Below the pieces are notes generated by a model. It made no database searches and had not been told where the DNA came from. It worked only from the letters and a program-made list of their open reading frames with translations. Shown here in pieces: positions 53,588 to 64,000 of a DNA stretch of 64,000 nucleotides. The translations under genes and the position numbers were made by a program. Source of the DNA: Octopus sinensis (Eukaryota); contig NC_042999.1 in the NCBI RefSeq assembly GCF_006345805.1, forward strand, positions 64,728,001 through 64,792,000. Reading direction: 5' to 3'. The first letter of the stretch is position 1, and each line of letters opens with the position of its first letter.

Positions 53588-54346
53588 ATATATAATATAT
53601 ATAATATAATACATAAGAACCAAACCATTTTCAGTATCTGCAGAACTGCAGTCTAAATTATTCAATGAAATATTTACTTTGTTGACTGTTTAGTTTATCT
53701 ATTATTCTGCTTTCACTTTCATTATCAAATAGTCGCCTTTCTGCATCAGGTAATGAATGTGGAAACTGATGAGCTTCTTGTTATCTGTTTTTATCTTTTT
53801 TTCATTAACTAGCCACTCATTTTCGTATCGTTCATTCCACTCTTGTTTAATTAAAGATGGTGAAAAGCACTTAAAAGAAGATAACTTATTCTTGGTAAAC
53901 TTAACACTGATCGTGATGGAAGTCCTTATATTATTTATTATGTTGACAATTATACTGGTTTGTTGCTTGTCAGAGGTGGGAGAGTATTGAACAATTTATA
54001 TAATGAACAGTGTTTAGTTATGTAACATAGTCAAATCCCTCTGGGTAATAATTGCTACCTTTCTATTCCTCCAGAGCCGATGAAAATAATTATCGGTATT
54101 ATTCTAGAAATTATTAGATTAACGAAACCCTCCTCATAGATAATGCAGTCGTGGGCTTATTCTAATTACAATTAGAATATTAATAGAGTTCAGCAACTCT
54201 AACTGGGTCTGCATTCACTTTAGTCCCTTTACGCTATCGTTTCAAGTTAAAAGTTCTCCTAGTCAAGGATCGCTAAACCAATGTTGACTAGTCAAGTACT
54301 GTATTGGATGCCGGTCTTATTGACACTGTCCTCTTTCGGAAACGGC

Positions 54347-54574
54347 GTTTTAGCTAACGCCGGGCGAAATGCTTAGCGGTATTTCGTCCGCCGCTGCGTT
54401 CTGAGTTCAAATTCGCCGAGGTCGACTTTAACTTTCATCCTTTCAGGGACGATAAACTAAGTACCAGTGACGCACTGGCGTCGATGTAATCAACTTAATT
54501 CGTTTGTCTGTACTTGTTTGTCCCCTCTATGTTTAGCCCCTTGTGGGTAGTAAAGAAATAAGTTTTAGCTAACG
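54347..54574 (+). mobile_element. 5'-truncated SINE A with a 13-bp TSD
   Basis: GTTTTAGCTAACG at 54347-54359 and 54562-54574. Confidence 0.9.
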
Positions 54575-55007
54575 TGAGACATCCATTATATATTTATTTA
54601 ATCCCAGATCAATTCATATCGAAAAGACATCTTTCTAGAACATGGAATTTTAACTATGGAAGTGCTACATGGTTAGTGATCTCTGTGCTGGAGATGAAGG
54701 CATTTTTTTTTATGTCAAATTGTGTTTTAATGTTATTTTAAACTATCGGAGAGAAAGAAGGATTGTACCAGGTTACTTTATTCTCCCTCGTTCATATCTA
54801 TTTGATTTTAGCTAAATTTAATGGGTGGTTATCCGATGTGCTGCCATTCTTTAGATGATTATCGTTGGTTTTCATATCAATATTCACACCGGCCGGATGC
54901 TTAGATCTTGATTTGGTTGTTTCATTCTTTCGCTTTTGGGTTCCAGGTTTACTCGGGATATTTTTGATTTTTCTGTAATTACGTTTATATAAATACGTTT
55001 ACATAAT

Positions 55008-55071
55008 CCCCATGAACAAGTAACACTCACAACTGACTTAAGTCAGTTCTGAGGTTTACCTGTTCATGGGG
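55008..55071. other. 64-nt imperfect hairpin (31-bp arms, 4 mismatches)
   Basis: CCCCATGAACAAGTAACACTCACAACTGACT-TA-AGTCAGTTCTGAGGTTTACCTGTTCATGGGG. Confidence 0.8.
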
Positions 55072-55464
55072 AGTATTTATTATATTCGTTACTTTCTATA
55101 GGGTCACTCTACCTACGATTTTCGTCTTTATATTCTTTTTAACATGTATATAATTATTCACGAGGGGCTTAAATTCTGTATATACTATGGATTTGATCAA
55201 GTCATTATATCAGCTTCTACGTAGGACCTCACCAAAGTATAAAGCGGTCTCATTAAAGATTTCTTTATTAATTGATATGTTGGATAAGCTGATTGATATA
55301 CCTCTGATTAGTCTATTCATTATGTATTTTATACATATATCATGTGTGTTCATGTATATGTATATGTATATGTGTATACACATACACAAACACACACACA
55401 TATATGTCTGTGTATGTATACGCATGTGTTTGTGTACACACACACATATGCTTGTTTATAGATA

Positions 55465-55800
55465 TTCTCTTTACTCTCTTTTACTTGTTTCAGTCATGAG
55501 CAAACCGACCCCAGGACGTATTCTTTGTAAGTCTAGTACTTATTCTATCGGTCTGTTTTGCCGAGCCGCTAAGTTACGGGGATGTAAACACACCAGCATC
55601 GGTTGTCAAGCGATGTTGGGGGAAGGGGAGAAACACAGACACACAAATATATACACACATACATATACATATACATATATACGAGGGCTTCCTTCAGTTT
55701 CCATCTACCAAATCCACTCACAAGGCTTTGGTCGACCCGAAGCTATAGTAGAAGACACTTGCCCAATGTGCTACGCAGTGGGACTAAAATCGGAACCACA
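55465..55800 (-). mobile_element. SINE family B copy
   Basis: Reverse complement of family B body and tail. Confidence 0.88.
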
Positions 55801-56322
55801 CAGCCACTCTTTCGCCTATGATATGTGTATGTTTATAAATCATATATATTCGTGGCTGCGCGAGTGTGGGGTTTGTATATATGCGTATGTTATACGTTGC
55901 GGGGACGTGCATCTGTGTTAGTTCCCTTTTGAATGTATACATTTTTACTAAATTATTTGAGTTTATATTAGTGATCTTTAACTCCCATGTTTCTTATATC
56001 TTTACCTATTAAGTGTTACCAATTTAGCATAGGGTCATAACACACCCATAACTATCCAGCTTCATGTGCCATTTTCAAGAATTGAAGTAAAATACACTAA
56101 CCAGCACAATATACTGTCTCTTCCCTTCTTCAGATCCCTTTTGTACACTTCCTGTTATGTTTCTCCACTTTACAACCGGTGTTGGTTTGTTTACATCCTG
56201 TAACTAAGTCCTGACGTAGAATCTTTCTGCTGAACCCTTCACGACTGCACCGCAGTGTGGCTGCTTCCCAATGACTGAAACATGTGGAAGATAAAAGATG
56301 AAATCAATAAGCTGAAATCTAC

Positions 56323-56400
<78 letters not shown>

Positions 56401-56451
56401 GTCTGTCTGTCTGTCTGTATGTCTGTCTGTCTGCTTGTCTGTCTGTTTTTA

Positions 56452-56632
56452 TTGGAGACAAACACTTTCCTCTCTGGTCAATCTCTCATCAACTTCTTCA
56501 AGTATCACTTGAAAAGGAAAGTGAGAGTAGAGAGGCAAGTTTTGTGTTGCGAATGTTTCAAAAAAAGATGGGTGAATGTAGCAAGGATGGCACGTATGAA
56601 TGATGAAGCCACTTTCAGCATAATCCTATGAA
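56452..56632 (+). mobile_element. L1/Tx1-like LINE ORF2 C-terminal fragment after (TATC)n(TGTC)n
   Basis: [55 protein letters not shown]; the F..L..R...E....F...W spacing resembles Tx1 ORF2 ends as recalled; second copy at 24450. Confidence 0.55.
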
Positions 56633-56639
56633 CCCGGAA

Positions 56640-56756
56640 AAATTAATTTATCGGTCCCGAAAGGATGAAAGGTAAAGTCGACCTTGGAGGATTTGAACCC
56701 AGGACGGTTAAGCATTTCGTCCGGCGTGATAACGTTTCCGCCAGTTCGCCACCTTA
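56640..56756 (-). mobile_element. SINE A 5' half
   Basis: GAAAGGATGAAAGG.AAAGTCGACC...CCAGTTCGCCACC. Confidence 0.8.
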
Positions 56757-57257
56757 GGTTTGTATTTATTGAATATCGGTTGTAGTTAATCCTGCACCAA
56801 TCAGCTATGTTCCCTATCCAGTAGTAAATTTACTTGACATTTTTTTAATTTAAATCCTCAATTTTAATAGAATATGAAACATGCACACCCCTGTAAGGCG
56901 AACATATTTATTAGTTGAAAGAGAGAATTCTCATGTAGAATGCCATTTGGTTGAGCGAGTCATATGTTTAACCAGCGTGCAAGAGGCAAATGATAACTGT
57001 CTAAGCGTCATTGCGTACGATATGAGGGCGGGCTGAATTATGGAACTGGATTTCAATTCCCTTGTTTGAATAATTTGCCAAGTTCATCGGAGCCTGAAAA
57101 ATAATTGGATAAACCGTGTGCGAAATTTATATGATTAATACTTCAAGGAATTGAAAGAGAATTTGAAATTTATGATTAAATACTCGTACAACAGTAAAAA
57201 GACTGTATTTTCTCGTTGCATTTTCATTCTGGATCCCTAGATATTTCTTCCACTTCA

Positions 57258-57356
<99 letters not shown>

Positions 57357-57490
57357 ATGTATGTATGTATGTATGTATGTCTAGAAATTTGTCTCCCGAC
57401 CTGCCTGTCTCACTGTCTGTCTGTTTCGCTCTTGGTCTATATGGTTGTTGCTATAACTTTACATTTCTCCATTAATATTTAATATGCTCA

Positions 57491-57817
57491 AGGCGGCGAG
57501 CTGGCAGAAACCTTAGCATGCCGGGCGAAATGTTTAGCAGTATTTCATCTGCCGCTACGTTCTGAGTTCAAATTCTGCTGAGGTCGACTTTGCCTTTCAT
57601 CCTTTCGGGATCGTTTAATTAAGTACCAGATAGGCACTGGGGTCGATATAATCGACTTAATCTGTTAAGAAGGCGGGGAGCTGGCAGAAACGTTAGCACG
57701 CTGGGCGAAATGCGTCGCCGTATTTTGTCTGCCGTTACGTTCTGAGTTCAAATTCCGCCGAGGTCGACTTAGCCTTTCATCCTTTCGGGATCTATAAATT
57801 AAGTACCAGTTACGCAG
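57491..57817 (+). mobile_element. Two head-to-tail SINE A copies, each with a full head
   Basis: GGCGG.GAGCTGGCAGAAAC at 57495 and 57672. Confidence 0.9.
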
Positions 57818-57904
57818 GGAACTAATCATTTTCTATTTCTAAGTTACCTATTTATACGTTTAAATTTTACCTGAGGATGGCGAGTTACGTTATTTACAAC
57901 GGTT

Positions 57905-58205
57905 TTCTTAGTTTCCATCTACCAAATGTATTCATAAGGCTTCGATTGGCCCGGGGCTATAGAACATGACATTTGCCTAAAATGCACCGCAGCGGGACTG
58001 AACCGGGGACTATGTGGTTTGAAAGCAAACTTCTTACCACATAGTTAAACTGAGAAGCAATTTTGATCAACTTTTTGAAATATCATTACTTAAATCTCAA
58101 GGCTCCGGTCGACCCGGGGTTATAGTGAATGGCATTTGCCTAAGATGTACCGCAACGAGACTGAACCTGGGACCATGTGGCTTTAAAGGAATCTTCTTAC
58201 CATTC
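57905..58205 (-). mobile_element. Two diverged SINE B 5' halves
   Basis: GGGACTGAACC...ATGTGG...CTTCTTACCA motifs occur twice. Confidence 0.7.
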
Positions 58206-58719
58206 AGTCACACAGAGAATCAATCTACAAGTCTCCTAATATAAATTACTGTTTGTACCATATTGTACTAATGTAAATAAATCAATTTTGGTGAACGTTT
58301 TGAAATATTATTACTGAAATCTCCGATGTACTTTATTGGAACTTGTTTGTGCATGAATTCAGAAATCCTGATAATAAAGCAAATCGTTACAAGGTCCTTT
58401 ATAGACATAATAGAATATCGATCAAAGACATCAAAATAATAAAGATTTCCTAATAGATTTCGATGTGAAATCTTAGAGAATTTTGGCGAAAGACTAACCT
58501 ATAAAGGTCACTTGAAAGAGTGACCTGGTCAATGACTAGTAGTATAGAATAATGGAAATGGTTCGCCGTCTGTTGAACAGAATGTGAATGGTGCTATGTC
58601 GTCTTCAGAACGATGTCGAAGTAACTGTAATTGGATGGCTGGATGGCTGGCTGGTTGGTGAGGAGAAGAATGTCAATTCAGATATGAGTGTGGAAGGGAA
58701 GGAGAGACAAGAGAAGCTG

Positions 58720-58723
<4 letters not shown>

Positions 58724-58817
<94 letters not shown>

Positions 58818-59287
58818 AGGCTGGAATACAGACGCATAAAGACAATTATGAGAGAATTACATGTAAAAGGAAAGACAGAATGAGAAAGGGGTAGATAGAT
58901 AGACGGGGATAGAGACAGATAAAAGAAGGATGGATAGGTAGAGAGGGAGAAAGAGAGAGAGAGAGAAAGATAGGGAGGCGAAGATAGTGACAGGATGGAG
59001 TGTAGACAAATAAAGAAAATTATGAGAGAATTATACGAAGAGACAGAATGAGAGGTAGATATACAGATGGGGAAAGAGAGAGAGAGTGAGAGGAAGAGAG
59101 ATAGAAGAAGGAAGGAAGATTAGATAGATAAATAGATAGATAGTTTGAGTGAGAGAGAGAGGGTAAAGAGAGAAAGAGAGAGAGGCCGGAGTATAGACAA
59201 TTACAGAAAGGTAGAGAAGTTACTGGTGCAATAAGAGAATTACATGGAGACATAGATGGAAGAAATAAGTAGAGAAGACAATGTGAC

Positions 59288-59347
<60 letters not shown>

Positions 59348-59349
59348 GG

Positions 59350-59383
<34 letters not shown>

Positions 59384-59927
59384 GACAGAGACTTTGTGTG
59401 TGTGTGAGATAGGTGAGAAAGAGAGGAGGGGAGCGAGATAGGTTTATTTAAATTGATGTAGCAAAACACAACGAGAAAACGATGCAAATTGAGAGCTGAG
59501 AGATTCCGATGGAGAGATAATTATGCGTGTGTGGATGTGTGTATATATATATATATAAATATATAAATATATAAATAGACACGAACGTATACACACATAC
59601 GCACATACGCACATATGCACTCACGTATACAGGGAGAAAATGGACGAGACGAGTGATTAAGTAAAGCAAGTACACGCACACGTAGGTGTATATATGGAAT
59701 GAAATGCTGGAAGAGACAAAGAACATACATACATACACACATGCATACATGAATACATTCATACATACATTTCTATATACTGTATATATATAACAGCGAG
59801 AGGGTGAGTGAGAAAGGAAAATATTTAGCATAGATACGCGTGCGTGCGCACACACCCATACATGTATGTATGCTTGTGTGTGCGTACATGCTATTAGCTT
59901 ATATATGTATGTGTGTGTGTGTGTGTG

Positions 59928-59959
<32 letters not shown>

Positions 59960-59972
59960 TATACACATATAC

Positions 59973-60019
<47 letters not shown>

Positions 60020-60093
60020 CACACACACACATACATATATATGCACATATACATATACATATATATATATATACATACATATACATTCACACA

Positions 60094-60131
<38 letters not shown>

Positions 60132-60247
60132 ACACACACACACATATATATATAGGCTTATGTATATGTATGTGCATAAGTATGTAAATGATTATTGGCG
60201 TGTACACATGATAAAGACAGATAATGATATAACCTGTCAGAAAGAAA

Positions 60248-60325
<78 letters not shown>

Positions 60326-60330
60326 GAGAG
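58724..60330. repeat. (GA)n, purine-rich low complexity, (TA)/(CA)/(TG) microsatellite region
   Basis: Direct reading. Confidence 0.85.
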
Positions 60331-61499
60331 AGAGAGAATGAGAAAGAAGGGGGAGAGAGAGCTTAACGTTAGTGAAAGAGAAAAATACGTGTGTGCAGCC
60401 GTTACAGAGAGAAATATACAAAAGGTTATTATGAGACATGTTGGCTCCAACCAAGCCATTACAAGACCCCAGGAAAGGCCTGGAGCGATAAAAATAGCAA
60501 CTCATCATGTTAGAAACCTCGAAAAATGTAAATTCCTCCAAGAACGATACAAACTGAAAATCTAATTTACACCAAATTCTCTGTGGCATAGAAGAGAAAT
60601 GGAATAATAGTTAATCGAAATGAGTAATCGATATTGTCTTAAAGTTAAAACATACTATAAATGTTAGTCTTATTACGTAGTTGAGGTTAAGCTACGTCCA
60701 TAACAGTTCGATATTTATTGTTCATTAATATAGTAACCAGCTTCTGTCCAAACAACCGATGCCATGACGAGCTAAATGAAGAAAAACGCTTACGTCTGTA
60801 TACTTGAAATAGTAAACAATTTTCCCTCAAGCTACAAGCTATTTGTTTCAAAAGGAAAAGAAGGTAGAAAGCATTTTTGATATCATTCTGTATATTTTAC
60901 TTGATGCAGTGATACCGTTGAAAGCCTTCTAAACTGCGGTATTAATTTCGAGAGAGCATTTGGTATAGACGTATAACGCAAAACAAAAACAAATGAAAGA
61001 AAAAGGAAATATATTAGTGCCGGACGAAAAACGTCTACCATCGGTGAGCCATAAAAACATTAATTGAAAAAAAAAAAAAATAGGCTGGTGATAGCTGCAG
61101 TGCCTGATATGACAAAAAAAAAAAAACATACTTTAGAACAAATGCAACGACAACAACACGGAGATATCTAAGACCGCCTCCAGGAAGCTGCGTCTCGGTT
61201 CATTTGTATAGTCTCTCGGGTACGCGCCGTGGCTCCAGGTGCAGCAGCAGTACCTAGCTTAAGATGACACGGCACTATAGAACAAGAGTAACAACAACAT
61301 CACGGAAACATCGGAGATGACATCCACTAACAGTCATTCGACTGACTGGTATAAAGTCACCCTCGGACACGCTGTGGATTCAAACCTACAGATGTCCTGT
61401 TCCCTCTCTGTGTTTTTCCACCGGTATTACAACTGGTTCTGCTTTTTGACACGGGTTAGTCTCGTTTATACTACCCCCACTCAGATCCTTTTGGCTCAT

Positions 61500-61605
61500 T
61501 TGGATATCCAACTTCCATCGATCGCGTTTTCTTTCGATACTCCACAAATCATACAAACTCTATGTCCTGCTCCAGAAGGTCGTTTCTCTACAGTTCGTTC
61601 CCTGC
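61500..61605 (-). mobile_element. Possible decayed RTE-like LINE ORF end
   Basis: Minus-strand scraps RNDLLEQDIE and RDRWK in different frames resemble the RTE terminal motif; weak. Confidence 0.3.
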
Positions 61606-61607
61606 TC

Positions 61608-62052
61608 AAGTAATTCTTGTTACTAAGGCGGCCAGCTGGCAGAAATGTTCGCACGCCGGGCGAAATGCGTAGCGGTATTTCGTTTGCTGTTACGTTGAGT
61701 TCAAATTCCACCGAGGTCGACCTTTGCCTTTCTTCCTTTCGGGGTCGATAAATTAAGTGCCAGTTAGGCACTGGGGCCGATGTAATCGACTTAATCCGTG
61801 TGTCTGTCATTGTTTGTCCTCTCTATGTTTAGCCCCTTGTGGGCAATAAAGAAATAGGTATTTCGTCTGCAGTTACGTTCATTTGAAATTCTGCCGAGGT
61901 CGACTTTGCCTTTCATCCTTTCGGGGTCGATAAATTAAGTACCAGTTACGCACTGGGGTCGATGTAATTGACTTAATCCCTTCGTCTGTTCTTGTTTGTC
62001 CCCTCTATGTTTAGCCCCTTCTAGGCAATAAAGAAATAAGTAATTCTTGTTA
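61608..62052 (+). mobile_element. SINE A dimer bounded by a single 15-bp TSD
   Basis: AAGTAATTCTTGTTA at 61608-61622 and 62038-62052; second unit starts GTATTTCGTC at 61858. Confidence 0.93.
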
Positions 62053-62295
62053 TCGGCAATACTTAATAGATTAAACCAAGCATGAACAACATTTTACGAG
62101 AAACGGGCCGCTTGAGACATAGCTCATCATCACGCGAGTCGCATAAGTAAGAGAAAAACAAGGTAATTTTATTTTGTTGGCGTGCTATCCAACAAGTCCC
62201 GCAGGCGGCATGTGGCCACGGCTTGCTACTGGCTTTGTCTAGACTTGAAGCAGAACGTTAATGATATTAATATCATCAGTCTCATCATCAAGCGG

Positions 62296-62515
62296 GAAGC
62301 TGGCGGAGTCGTTAGCACGCCGGATAAACTGCTAAGCAGCATTTTGTCCGTTTTTAGCTTCCTGGTTCAGATTCTGTGGGGCTGGGGGTCGACTTTGCCT
62401 TTCATCCTTTCGGGGTCGGTAACATAAGTACCAACTGATTACTAGCGTCGATATAATAGACTTATCCCCAACTCGATATTGCTGGCCTTGTGCCAAAATT
62501 TGAAACCAATAATAT
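62296..62515 (+). mobile_element. SINE A with alternative tail
   Basis: GGGTCGACTTTGCCTTTCATCCTTTCGGGGTCG...TGCTGGCCTTGTGCCAAAATTTGAAACCAAT. Confidence 0.8.
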
Positions 62516-63270
62516 CGGTCTAATAAAACTTACAAAAGCCATGGCATTGATTCCTTTGTCTTTTCCTTCATCTTCCCTTTCTTTTTTTCTCTGTCCTCTC
62601 CCTTTCTGCTTAGCATCTAAGTGTTTCAATTCTATTTTCTTCCATGACTGTCACTTAACCTCTCTTGCAATAAACTCATGTATTTATTTATTTTCAATTA
62701 TTTTTACTTGCTTTTCTCTTGTAACACTCTCTCACTCTTCTATTAATTTTTAGTTTTAATTTGCATTTTTTATACGACACTTTGACTAAAAGGTACACAT
62801 TTCATTCAGACACGTGTTATAGTTTTAAAATGTTGCTCTCCTCATCACAAGTACGTCGTTTCGGTATCCAGTCAAGACCAGACTCAGCATTGTATTCTTG
62901 AGCGAAATACTAAATTTCACGTTGCTCCCGTGTACTTCCGCGACGGATCGGCGTCCTGATCAAGGAGTAAGTATGTATATACGCCACGGAAACCGGAAAA
63001 CCAGCCTTAATGAGTCCATTGAAAGAGCGATTTGTTATGCATTTTCGTATGTGCAGTGCCTGGGTTGCGCGAGATCGTTCGAAACGGATGTAAGTTAAAT
63101 AGGTCGTTGATAATGGAACTTTGTTCAGTATGTTTTATACATATAGAAACACAGATACACGGACATACACATGTCTGTATATATGTAGTTGCATGTATAT
63201 TTATGCATATATATATATATATAATATATATATATATATATAATATATATTATATATATATATATATATA

Positions 63271-63448
63271 TATGAATGAAGCTAGGATCAGTAAACTAGA
63301 CTAGCCTCGTCTATCAGTTGTAGACCCGTCAACATATACTGACAGATCGATTTAGTCAAGCCCTCCGAGCGATGGAGTGGTCAATGCTGACGGGTTTACA
63401 TCTGATAGACGAAGCTAGTCTAGTTTACTGATCCTAGCTTCATTCATA
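63271..63448. mobile_element. MITE-like fold-back (about 65-bp arms) abutting (TA)n
   Basis: TATGAATGAAGCTAGGATCAGTAAACTAGACTAGC... / ...GCTAGTCTAGTTTACTGATCCTAGCTTCATTCATA. Confidence 0.8.
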
Positions 63449-63568
63449 GAGCGGTTATCTCCCCAGTGTATATATATTGGGTCTTTCATACAGAATTAAG
63501 GGTTTTAAATTTTATTTCTTGCAATATAGGTGATGTTCAGAACCCTCAGTCGCAATATTAGATTTTCC

Positions 63569-63619
<51 letters not shown>

Positions 63620-63621
63620 TG

Positions 63622-64000
63622 TATGAGTGGCTGTGTGGTAAGTAGCTTGCTTATCAACCGCATGATTCAGGGTTCAGTCCCATTGCATGGCACCTTGGGC
63701 AAGTGTCTTCTACTATAGCCTCGGGCCGACCAAAGCCTTGTGATTGGATTTGGTTGACGGAAACTGAAAGAAGCCTGTCGTATATATGTATATATATATA
63801 TGTGTGTGTGTATGTTTGTGTGTCTGTGTTTGTTCCCCCCAACATCGCTTGACAACCGATGGTGGTGTGTTTACGTTCCCGTAACTTAGCAATTCGGTCA
63901 AAGTAACCGATAGAATAAGTACTAGGCTTACAAAGAATAAGTCCTGGGGTCGATTTGTTCGACTAAAAGCGGTGCTCCAGCATGGCCACAGTCAAATGAC
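63622..64000 (+). mobile_element. SINE family B, near full length (runs off the window end)
   Basis: Highly similar to 52083-52500. Confidence 0.93.

Noticed and set aside
58545-58660. Protein-like frame NNGNGSPSVEQNVNGAMSSSERCR
   Set aside because: Short, bounded by stops, no pyrimidine-rich acceptor; insufficient support for an exon.
63385-63425. CTGATAGACGAAGCTAGTC in the MITE arm
   Set aside because: No stem II or stem I; resemblance judged coincidental.

Overview
AT-rich, microsatellite-saturated eukaryotic non-coding DNA. The repeat families look like those of an octopus (cephalopod) genome; this is an inference from SINE morphology and repeat content. I found no convincing host protein-coding gene or bona fide tRNA/rRNA gene, and nearly all ORFs in the track are microsatellite read-through. 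The window is a mosaic of: (i) tRNA-derived SINE families, one forming head-truncated tandem multimers with a fixed junction; (ii) decayed Tc1/mariner, Tigger/pogo, Helitron-like, CR1-like and Tx1-like fragments; and (iii) short islands, mostly bordered by (TA)n tracts, that carry type I hammerhead ribozyme (HHR) folds and/or fold-back inverted repeats. Class (iii) is the most striking signal. Six loci give readable HHR folds (7279, 8714, the 13408/13583 inverted pair, 34208, 34632, 51684), several with palindromic mini stem III and variant cores, including a U3:A8 covariant core. A decayed element at 20395-21120 links HHR-like motifs in inverted terminal repeats to a remnant resembling the C-terminus of a Penelope-like (PLE) GIY-YIG endonuclease. 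The association of HHRs with PLEs and retrozymes is established knowledge; whether these particular families and variant cores are undescribed needs database checks. Coordinates of decayed repeats are approximate.
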